A DNA stretch of 64,000 nucleotides from Mobula hypostoma (lineage: Eukaryota): positions 5,332,001 to 5,396,000 of the forward strand of contig NC_086097.1 in NCBI RefSeq assembly GCF_963921235.1, given 5' to 3'. The notes under the pieces are model-generated. The model was not told the origin of the DNA, searched no databases, and saw nothing but the letters and a program-made list of their open reading frames with translations. This document shows, in pieces, positions 13,101 to 23,621 of the stretch. How positions within the stretch are numbered: position 1 is the stretch's first letter; every line of letters begins with the position of its first letter. The translations under genes were made by a program, and so were the position numbers.

Positions 13101-13754
13101 ATTGGTCCTATATGCCTCCTCATATTAGATATACCAACCCTGGAAGAAAGTCTCTGGTTGTCCACTCGATCCATGCCTCTTTACATTAACTGATTTTCTC
13201 TTTTTGTGAACTTTGTAGCCGATATTAACAAGAAATCTCTCCTTCACACAAACATTTCCAAAATTTGGCACAGGGAGGCTGTGAAATCTAAGATGCATTT
13301 GTCTTGCTGGATTCATTGGACATTTCTATGCCCTTATATTGATCCACCAAACTTCACAGTCATCAATAAACTAAGTTCCTCATGTTTTGCTAAATAGCTT
13401 CCTATACAATATTATCTAACTTCCTCATGGTTCTGCTGATTTTCCACGACTGTTTTAGAAAGAGAGGAGATGGGCAAAGTATGCTTATTGTAACACTGGT
13501 GTTCAATGACCAATGAGAACAAAACATTAGGAGCAATATGTTGTGGTGCCTTTCTTTGTTATATAATCTTCGGTTGGCTTGATGGATATTTTCTTCTGAG
13601 TTATAATTTGAATGGCAATACAAGGATGCAAATGTACATTTCCTGTGCAGTATGGGGTTAAATTTCCTTCTACTGGTTTTAAATTATTGAAGGTATTTAT
13701 CCCAATGCTTTTGCTACTTCCTTTAAAGAGAAAGTAATGCTGGATTTTGCATAG

Positions 13755-14299
13755 TGCACAAGTTTGCCGATGACACGACAGTGGAGGGGCTAATCACCAA
13801 CATCAATCAGATGGCCTATAGAGAGGAGGTGGAAGAGCTTAGGCCTGATGCTGGACAAATAGCCTCTTACTCAACGTCAACAAAGGAGCTGGTTAAAGAC
13901 TTCATGAGAAATCCTCGCGGCACTCACAGCGCCTCTTTACATCGGCAGCACAGCAGTGTTTCAAACCCTTGGGTGTGCACATCTCGCAAATCTCTCATGG
14001 TCCCAGAGCACATACTATACAATCGGGAATGCCTCTACTTTCTGAGGAACTTGAAGAGAGCTGAACTATGCACATCCACACTTACATTCTTCTACAGGTG
14101 CGCAGTGGAGAGCATCCCAATAAGCTGCGTCACTGCTTGGTACAGAAACCGGGCAGGAAAACTTTACAGCGAGAAGTCAAAACTGCCCAATGCACCACTG
14201 GCACCAGCCTGCACCCCCCACCCCACTTCCAATCAGGGACATATAAACAGAAGGGTGCTGGAAGGGGGCCAGTAACATCATGAAGGATCCCATCCACCC
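13755..14299 (+). mobile_element. Rex1/Babar RT C-terminal fragment, cut by a Gypsy LTR
   Basis: HKFADDTTVEGLI..AYREEV..FYRCAVESI.SCVTAWY. Confidence 0.85.
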
Positions 14300-14512
14300 T
14301 GTAGCTTTCCAAAATAAAACAGCATGATGCGTTATATGTTTAAGAACAACCGTAACAACTCATTTATTGTAATCCAAACACTGAACACAAAGCACGGCAA
14401 AAGTACTTCATGTAATTACATCATCACGTCATACCAGCCTCTTAAAGTTAACCCCGACTCGATGTCAGTGGTTGTGAATTATGTACATTTCCACCAATTA
14501 CGTTACCCTACA
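14300..14512 (-). repeat. Gypsy 3' LTR (213 bp)
   Basis: TGTAG...CTACA inverted termini; AATAAA on -; homologous to 26158-26363. Confidence 0.88.
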
Positions 14513-15816
14513 CAGGCCCCCAGCCGCCCAGAATACATTACAACCGGCATTGCGAGTCTTTCTAGAGTTCGGACGAGCCGCCTGGCTCAGGTCCTGTGTT
14601 CCAATGGCGGAGGAACAACGGGTGCCTCTGGCTCATCCAGAGGTGTGTTGGCACTCTCATGGTCATGGTCATGACAGCAGGGGCATGATAGCAGAATAAG
14701 CCAAATTTCGGTGGTCTACCTAAACACATGCACGTTTACACCTCTTATCCATGATAAAATTCTTTTCTCTCCATTCCAAAGCACGGAACTGATCACCAAG
14801 AAGGGGGACTAAGAAGTTGTTGGTGTGTATCATGGTGAACGAAAACAAATGAGGCAGAGTGTCGGCCAACAGGAAACCAAGAATGCTGTACGCCATGATA
14901 AAAGGTAGGAATAGGTGTAAAGGAATTTAATTTACTGAGTGGGGGGGGGGAGGTGGAGCACGGTTGAGAGGCTGACCAGGTAGTCAGAGCATCAGGAATA
15001 CAATCACTTGGCACTTGTAACGGCTGCCCGTGTACCAACTCAGCCGTTAACAACTGTAGGTCCTCTCTTGAAGCTGTTCTAAGCCTCCACAGGGCCCACA
15101 AGAGAAAATCATGCCAATATTCATCCATCAGGTGAAACTGCTCAGAATGCAGTTGATACGCCAAGGTGTGATGTAGCTTAACACCCAGGTCTGGACCATC
15201 GCAGCGCAGATGTCTTACATGAATTGGGAACCACAGTCATAGGAAACATCAAATGCAGTGCCAAACCAAGCGACCCAGGTGCTGATGAATGTCCGAGCCA
15301 CGTCTGTGGCCATCATCGATGCTACCGTGATAACCTCCGGCCACTTGGTGGTACGGTCCACCATGGTAAGGAGGTGCATGAATGACAGGAGGGGGTGGAA
15401 GAAGACCACCAAGGTTAACATTGACATAGTCAAATCGTCGCTCAGGGACTTCAAAAAATACCAATGACACCTGAACGTGGCGATTAATTTTTGCCTGCTG
15501 TCGTGACACACAAGCTGCAGTCCAATCACACATGTTCTTTCTAAGGCTGTGCCTCACAAACTTCCGTGCAACCAGTTTCTGTGAGGCCTTCTGGCCTGGA
15601 TGTGAGAGGCCTTATATAGAGATGAAAACAATTCACCTCCAGTTTGCAGGCATGATGGGGGCAAGGTTGACTGGTTGAGACAGTGCACAGGAGAGAAACC
15701 TCAACTTCCCTGAACTTCATATTGTCAGCCACAGGCCTGTGACTGTTGTTCAGTAAGCCTGGACCACCGGGTCAGTAGTTTGGTCAATTGCCATGTCAGC
15801 AGAGTCAGCCTCTATG

Positions 15817-16097
15817 TATATATAACCATATAACCATATAACAATTACAGTACGGAAACAGGCCATCTTGGCCCTTCTAGTCCTTGCCAAACTCCTACTC
15901 TCACTTAGTCCCACCGACCTGCACTTGGTCCATAACCCTCCATTCCCTTCCTGTCCATATATCTATCCAATTTAACTTTAAAAGACAACATCGAACCTGC
16001 CTCAACCACTTCTGCTGGAAGCTCGTTCCACACAGCTACCAATCTCTGAGTAAAGAAGTTCCCCCTCATGTTACCCCTAAACTTTTGCCCTTTAAAG
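15817..16097 (-). mobile_element. Young CR1 3' fragment nested in Gypsy pol
   Basis: KGQKFRGNMRGNFFTQRLVAVWNELP; (ATATAACC)n tail read on +; close match to 52367-52637. Confidence 0.88.
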
Positions 16098-16661
16098 GCC
16101 TCAATGGCTGGCTGTGAGAGGCCATCAGCCACAGGATCATTTTTCAGCTTGATATGTTGTATATCGGTTGTGAACTCTGATATATTGTTAGGTGGTATTG
16201 TTGCTGTGCAGACCCAGGGTCTGATATTTTGGCAATCACGTGCACAAGGGGTTTGTTGTCAATGAACGCTGTGAAATGGCGACCCTCTCGAAGAAATTTA
16301 AACTGGCGGACAGTCAGATAGAGACTGAGAAGCTTACAGTCGAATGTGTTGTATTTCCTTTCGCGGGGGGGATGGAGTTGCCAGATGAAGAAGTTGCACG
16401 GCTGCCACATGCCTCCGACCAACTGTTTGTGTTACAGCACCCATAGCACAGTCTGCAACGTCAGTAGTAATGGCTATGGGTGCGTTGGGGAGCGAGTGCC
16501 AACGATAGGTTATGTTGGAAAGAGCTTGATCGGTATCATCAAATGCCCTGGTCATGTTTGCTGATCAGTCAAGCACATGATTATGGGTATTGTCTTTAAG
16601 TGCACTATACAGGGAGAGCATATGTTTAGCAGCTCGCAGAATGAAGTGGTGATTGAAATTC

Positions 16662-17008
16662 TATGGAAGCCTTGTGACTGTTAATCAAATCTATCCATAC
16701 TATTCTTCAGCCTTAAAAGTCACATATAGATACTGATTTTGACCTAAAAAGCAACAAATCAGAACAAGACCAATTCAAACTAACCAATCAGGAATAGGGA
16801 ATTCAGATTGAGCCAATCAGGATTGAGCAGTAAGCCCCACCCATGTCCTTCTCACTCAAGAGGGTATATAAAGACCTAGGGGGACTCTGGGTGGCTTGTC
16901 ATTTGATTAACTTGTGTCAGAGGAAGATGGTTGGGTTCACTGTTGAAGCATTGCGATCAGTATCTGTAAGTATGTGACTGTTAAGGCCAAAGAATAGTAT
17001 GGATAGAT
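16662..17008 (+). mobile_element. Inverted-repeat element, probably Penelope-derived, nested in Gypsy pol
   Basis: About 55-bp imperfect inverted repeats near the ends; CCAAT boxes and TATATAAA inside; imperfect 13-bp flanking duplication. Confidence 0.6.
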
Positions 17009-19009
17009 GTGATATAAATTCATCATACATAAAAATGACTGCACCTTTTTAGTAGTATGGGGCAGTGCGAAATCCATAGCTATGACTATTTTTGATGGGA
17101 GGGGTTTCGCATCTTCTGTGGAGGTGTGATAGTTGAAAAAGTCAATGGTTGACCATCTAGACTGGTATTTAGAAGGGTTAATAATCAACCTGTGTTGTGT
17201 TAAAAGCTCAAAGTGTGCAGAGATGGAATACTTGCTTAGATTTGGATGTGCTGGTGATAAGTCATCCAACAAAAAGAAATACTAAGTTTTTTAATGCAGA
17301 GTCCATTAGCTGTTGGAAAATTTGTGCTGTATTTATCAGCTCAAATGGTATGCGTAGAAACCCAAAGAGGCCAAACTGGAATATCACAACTGTTTTGGGA
17401 ATATCCTGAGCACAGAGGCACCTGATGGTAATCCCCTAACTAGATCAACTTTGAAAAAAATTAAAACTTAACTTTCAGGCTAAATATGCCAGAAAGTCTT
17501 GGAAGTGTGGGGGACTGGGTTTGGTGACCTCGTTAAGGTGTCTGGAATCACCACATCGTGGCAACCACCATCGGACACGGGGACCATATGGAGAGATGAA
17601 GCCCAGTGGCTATTCAACTGGCAAACAATGCCATCTTTGCATGTTGGCAAACTTAGTCTTGCCAGCTCTTCTGGGTCCAGTCTATGTGTGCAGGCATGGA
17701 CTGACGGGCCAGTTATCGGAAGGTGGTGCTTGACCCCATGTTTGGTGACTGTAGTGGAGATTGTGGGCTTGGTGAGGTTTGGGAATTCACCAAGCAGTCA
17801 CGTGAACTGACACAGTGGTGCATGTGCTTGATAGAATCATTGTGGGGAACTAAATGGGACAGTATGGTAATGACCCAAAGCCCCTGACATCCACGAGCCA
17901 ACAGTTCTTTAGATCGACCTAATGTCCTCAGGTACACAGAAAAATCTGTACCGAGCAGAGGTCTGTCTACTTTAGCCAGAAGGAAGCTCCATGTGTGACA
18001 TCACCCTCTGAAGTAGAGTGTCACCTATAGAGCCCCACAAGTCCGGATCCTGGTGCCGTTGGTGGCCTCCAGTGAGGTTTCGTTGCTCTCTGCCTTCTCA
18101 TCAATAGGCAATGCACACTCAGTTGAGTACCCGTGTCACACAGGAAGCATTGCCTTGAACGGGTGTCCATACCAAACAGTAGACGGCCCTGGCAACTGGA
18201 ACCCATGGTGTTTACTGATCTCTGTTGTCCCCACACACTAGCACTGTTGCAGCTGCAAGGTGGCTAGCACTTCCTGTCGTCCGTACCTGTGATCACGGTA
18301 AAACACGGGCCAGGCGTCGTCTGTTTTGCTGTTGCATGCATCCCTATGTTGGGGGCCTTGGTGACTGGGTTTACTGAGGCTAGGAAATGAGGAGTAATGA
18401 TGCACTGCTGCCTGGCTAAGTGTGAACCATCGGCCATTTTAACCAGCTCCCTATAGACCTTCACAGGTGCATAGCGAGGGCTACGTGAACTTGATCAGGC
18501 ATTTGCTGCATGAAGAGCTGTTAAAAAATAAAACAAAGGATGGATATTTCCCAGGAGGGACAGCATGCGGCCCATTTTCTCTGGCTTAGCATCATAGAGG
18601 CCGGGCATGTGGAGCAACTGTTTGCCGTGCTCAGACTCCGATAGTACAAAACTCTGTAAAATCTGAGTTTTCAGTGATCGGTATTTATCGTGCTTAGGTG
18701 GGTGTTCCAGTAAACTCACCACTCCTTCAGCCATGGTTTTGCTGATCAACACTACAACACAGTAGAATTAGGTGTCGGTGGCGCTATCTCGCAGTGTGAA
18801 TCTGGCCTCAGCTTGTGCAAACCACGCAACAGTGATTGGGAGAATGGTTGAAGAGGATCTGTGTGGTAATGTTTTCACACAAGGAACAGCTGGTATCAGA
18901 AACGAGCTGCCATTGCGGTGTTGGAAGCAGAAACATTAACACTTTTTAAGAGCCATTATTCAGAGGTGCTCGAATAAGCAGGATAGATAGGCGACGAGTA
19001 CAGGTCAGT

Positions 19010-19310
19010 ACCTTCCATACCTATTAAAGTGAGAGTATGTTCATGGTCTTCTGCAGTTGTAGCCCAGCCAGAGGGTTTGATGTGTTGTGTGATCAGAGGT
19101 AGTCAAACTACCCCATTTGGTACCAACAATCATTCCAAGGTCAAAGTCACAGGTCACATTTCTTCCCCATTCTGATGTTTGGTCTGAACAACAACTGAAC
19201 CTCTTTTCCATGCCTGCATTCTTTTGTGCATTGAGCTGCTGTCACCTGATTGTCTGATTAGATACGTATTGATGAGTAGGAGTACAGGTGTACCTAATAA
19301 AGTGGTAGCA
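19010..19310. mobile_element. Tc1-derived non-autonomous element, deleted copy
   Basis: Homologous to 21998-22529; GTACAGGTGTACCTAATAAAGTGG end. Confidence 0.65.
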
Positions 19311-19444
19311 TTAAACTTCTAGATCAATGCCACTGAGCATATATCTCATTAATATATTAGAATGTGATTTGACAAAAAAACTACAAACAGTACAGGGCCC
19401 AGGTCCAAGACCGGTGAATGAGCAATATTTGCCCTATTTAAGTG

Positions 19445-20482
19445 ATGGGCTGGATTGAAAAGGTCAGGATGTACGGGCTGGAGGAAGGGGATGGGCCAGT
19501 GTTTAGTTCACTGCTCCATGAAGTTTACTTAGTTCTGTGCTGAACTGAGATAGTGGCCTGCAAATAATGGGCTCCTGAATGAGCCTGCAGAGATGACCTG
19601 GATTCATGGCTGTGGCCTCACTTTCATGAAGTTCGGCTCTGAATGTTAGTTATGTACTATTTATTGTGAGCACGGTTTGTTCTTTTTTATCATACATTGG
19701 GTGTTTGATGGTCTTTTTTCAATGGGTTCTATTGGGTTTCTTTGCTTTGCGATTTCCAGTAAGACAGGGTGGACATACTTCTCTAGCAAAGGAGGTGGAA
19801 GGCACTTCTTCCCTCCGCTAGCCCGTAGGTCACCCTTAGGCAAGGTGTAGCACCTGCTTAGCACCCCCCCCCCCCCACTGAATCAGGGTCACATGAAGCC
19901 ATGGGAGCAGGTGGTGGATGGTCGTATGAGCAGCTGGTGCAGATCACAAGTCCCTGATTATGTGACCACTGACACCAGGCAGACAATTTCTGAAGAGTAT
20001 TGATAATGACTCGGGTCACCGGTCCTGTAAAGACACTGCCCAGAAGATGACAATAACAAACTACTTCTGTAGAACAATTTGCCAAGAACTGTCATGGTCA
20101 TGGAAAGTCCATGATCATCCAGGTCATACGACACGGCTCATAACGATAATGATGATATGACCCAGAACAGACAGTAGAAGTGATAACCAGTCTAATAGTT
20201 TAAATTACAACTGTTTTTAACAGTTTCAGTGAGACTAAGCAATATGATTCAGGCTTGCTACCATGTCAGAAAGAGAATAAACCCAGTCTCAGAATAAATA
20301 AATTTGTTCAGATGTGGTTGATTACCACTTCAGAAGAAAAACTTGTGAAGAACAGTCATGGTCACAGATGATGATCGCCCACATCATACGACATGACACA
20401 TAATGATGATGTAAGGAGACAAATCTCAAAGTTGTATATGGTCAAGATATTTTGATAATAATTGTATTTTGAATATTTTGAA
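19445..20482 (+). mobile_element. Non-autonomous retroposon with LINE-type tail, interrupted at 19764-20410
   Basis: Joined halves match the uninterrupted minus-strand tail at about 54650-54755 (GGGTTCTATTGGGTTTCTTT..GTAAGGAGA..AATCTCAA). Confidence 0.65.
19764..20410 (+). mobile_element. RTE-related non-autonomous retroposon (19764-20158), spacer, and second 3' tail (about 20323-20410)
   Basis: Three copies in the window; (GAT)n tails; GTAAG duplicated at 19759-19763 and 20411-20415. Confidence 0.75.
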
Positions 20483-21067
20483 AATGAACTGGCCTCAGTG
20501 AAAGGGCTTCCAGATTGAAGCCAATTCATAGAGGTCAGAATTAAATATCATTTTCAGCAAGTAACCTTTTCATTGCTTCCCACAGTTCACACCACTGATG
20601 ACTAAACATGTTTAAAAAGATTGAACGGATAGAGAGACACAAATGAGAAATGTACTCATGAGGCTGAACACGTACTGACTGTAGAAGCTGGCAATAGAAT
20701 GCCCATCTTAGGCAACGAATAGGATAATTGTGAACGACTGTAATTGTATACTCATACATTACGATAAAAAGTGCCGTGTGCAGTAATTGTACAACTTGTA
20801 TTATGTATAATGCATGATAGAACTTTATGCTCCAGGCAGAGAAATTAGCCTACACTTCCTGCACAAAGGAAGCTGGAATTATTGTAGTGTAGTCTTCCTA
20901 CTTCCTGAACAAAGAAAGCAAGTTATGAACACAAACCGATTAATTTGCTAACTATCTGGAATGCATTACAATGCTCAGCATTCATGCACTAGCTGGCTGA
21001 TTAAATAGAACCAGAGAATGAGTGAACAAATAGGCGTGCAGAGTTACATACATACATACACACACAC

Positions 21068-21980
21068 ACTCACAGACCAGGCAGTAACAATGGAGGGAAA
21101 TGAACAGTTGATGTTTCAGGCCAAGACCCTTCATCAGGACTGGAAAGGAAAGGAAGTGAAATCAGAATAGGAAGGTGAGTGGAGGGGAAGTAGTGCAAGC
21201 AGGCAGGTGATAGGTGATACCAGCTGAGGGGAGAGGTATTGGGTCGGGGAAGGGGATAATGCAAGGAGCTGAGAGATGATAGTTGGAAGAGGTGAAGGGC
21301 TGAGGAATGACTATATTTGTAGGTGGAAAAGGCAAAGGGTGAAAGAAGAAGGATTCTAATAGCACAGGACAGTGTACTCTGGAAGAAAGGCAAGGAGGAG
21401 GGGCACCTGTGTGAGGTGATAGGCAAAGGAGGAGAAGAGACGGGATGAGAGGGATCCACAATGAAGAATGGAACAAGAGAAAAGGTGGAGGGGATGGAAA
21501 TTACCGGGAGTTGAAAAGATCGATATTCATGCCATCAGGTTGGATGCTACCCAGAAGGAATATGAGGTGTTGCTCCTCCAACCTAAGTGTGGCAGAGAGG
21601 AGGCCATGGGCCGACAAGTCAAAATGAAAATGGAAAGTAGAATTAAAAGGGTGGCCACAGGGAAATCCTACCTTTTGTGGCGGATGAAGTGAACGTGCTT
21701 GAAGAAGCGATGCCCCAGCCTACATCAGGTCTCACCAGGAGCACTGGATACAGCAGATGACCCCAGCAGGTTTGCAGGTGAAGTGTTGCCCAATCTGGAA
21801 GGACTGTTTTGGGAAGTTACAAGGAATGATGTGCATGGATATGGATACCTGTGGGTTGGTAGGCAAGGACCAAAGGAACCCTATCCCTGCTGTGGTGGCA
21901 GGAGGATGTTATGTGCAGGAAATGGAAGAAATGCAGGTGAGGGCAGTATTGATGGTAGTGGAAAGGAAACCCTTATTCTT
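21068..21980 (-). mobile_element. Penelope-like element 3' part (GIY-YIG remnant, purine-rich segment, terminal repeat with hammerhead motif)
   Basis: Similar to 10915-11445; reverse complement of 21105-21143 is CCAGTCCTGATGAAGGGTCTTGGCCTGAAACATCAACTG. Confidence 0.78.
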
Positions 21981-21997
21981 TGTAGTAGTACATCTCA

Positions 21998-22529
21998 CAC
22001 TCTGTGTCCACTTTATTATGCAGCCAGTGAGTGTATGTTCATGATTCTTTGCTGTTGTAGCCCATCCACTTCAAGGTTTAATGTGTTGTGCATTTAGAGA
22101 TACTCTTCTGCTCACTGTTGTAACACATCATCATTTGAGTTACTGTTGGCTTCCTGTCAGCTTGAACCAGTCTGGCTATTCTACTCTGACCTCTCTCATT
22201 AAGAAAGCATCTTCACCCACAGAACTATGACCCAATGGATGTTTTCTCATTCTCGGTCAACTCTGGAGAGTGTTGTGCAGAATACCTTAGGAGTTGAGCA
22301 GTTTCTAGAAAACTCAAACCAACCTATTTGGTACCAACAATCATTCCATGGTCAAAGTCACTGAGATCACATTTCTTCCCCAGTCTGATTTTTGGTCTGA
22401 ACAGCATCTGAACCGCTTGACCATGTCTGCATGTTTTTATGCACTGAGTTGCTGCCATGTAATTGGCTCATTAGATATTTGCATTAATGAGCAATTGTAC
22501 AGGTGTAGCTAAAAAGTGGCCATCGAGTG
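21998..22529. mobile_element. Tc1-derived non-autonomous DNA transposon
   Basis: Degenerate TIRs CACTCTGTGTCCACTTTATTA / TAAAAAGTGGCCATCGAGTG. Confidence 0.72.
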
Positions 22530-23140
22530 CACAGTGATGTCAGCATTTATTTCAAGAGGAATCGAATACAAGAGCAAAGACATGATGCTGAGGTTTTATA
22601 AGGTATTGGTCAGACTGTGCTGTATTGTGAGCAGTTTTGGGACCCTTACACAAGAAAAGGTGTCCTAACTTTGGAGAAGGTCTAGAGGAGGATCACAAGA
22701 ATGATTCCAGAACTGAAAGGGTTAATGAAGGATGAGTGTTTGATAGCTCCAAGCCTGTATTTGCTGGAGTTTAGAAGAATAAAGGGGGGATCTCATTGAA
22801 TCCTTTTGAAAATTGAAAGGCCTAGACAGAGTATTTTTCCTATTATGGGTGAGTCTTGGACCAGAGGGCAGAAGACACTGCTTCAGAATGGAAGGACACC
22901 CATTTAGAACAGAGATGAGAAGGAATTTCTTTAGCCAGAGGGTGGTGAATTTGTGGAATTCATTGCCACAGTCATCAGTGGCCAAGATTTTGGGTATATT
23001 TAAAGCAGAGTTTGATAGGTGTTTGATTAATCAGAGCATTAAAAGTTACAGGGGAATGGGGTTGAGAAGGTTATTCATTCAGCATGATGAAATGGTGGAG
23101 CAGACTTGATGGGCCACATGACCTAATTCTACTCCTCCTC
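22530..23140 (+). mobile_element. CR1 3' end
   Basis: GHPFRTEMRRNFFSQRVVNLWNSLP; CR1 tail. Confidence 0.87.
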
Positions 23141-23528
23141 CTTATTCCAGAATGGAAAACCTCATCCTGATAATACTCCGAACAAGTGCAGCAATTCATT
23201 ATTGTTGTGTTCTCAAGGGCAATTGTTGATTTTTCCAGTGAATTAAACAAAAATGCTGCTTCTGTGATTGATATAGGATGTCTAAAAATGCTATAATTAT
23301 TAGCAGTTGCTTTAAATAGAACTGAACAAAAACACAATTTAGTATGTTCTGTTGCTGTGTTAATTATACCAGAAGCCCCAGACCCAATATTTGACTTAAC
23401 TGTTGGATTGATGTAAGTCTATAATAGTGCTATTGAAATACAGTTGAAACTGGGATTTAAATCTTAGGGTAAATGCAAATGTATCAAAATACAAATTTAC
23501 TTTATCTATTTATTTTCTTTATATAGAG

Positions 23529-23591
23529 CAGGGTCCATGGAACCCTTACTTAATGATACTGACCATGCAATAAAAAAGTTGGGAAACCCTG
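23529..23591. mobile_element. 63-bp hAT (Buster/Charlie-type) MITE remnant
   Basis: CAGGG...CCCTG termini; 8-bp flanks ATATAGAG / ATTTAGAG with central TA. Confidence 0.6.
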
Positions 23592-23621
23592 ATTTAGAGA
23601 TACAGCATGGAACAAGTCCTT

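Larger units (their letters stand above)
14300..18835 (-). mobile_element. Gypsy/Ty3 LTR retrotransposon, decayed gag-PR-RT-RH-IN with 3' LTR; 5' LTR absent
   Basis: gag WFAQAEARF..KYRSLK; protease FLCDTG; RNase H ITTDV/KYNTFD..FIDNKPL; integrase LTMVDRTTKWPE..SYDCGSQF; PPT-like TTCTGGGCGGCTGGGGG next to the LTR; Gypsy domain order. Confidence 0.92.

Noticed and set aside
21070..21476. Pro/Ser/Leu-rich ORFs (also 48373-48672 and 51469-51939)
   Set aside because: These are translations of the pyrimidine-rich Penelope terminal region and are compositional artefacts.
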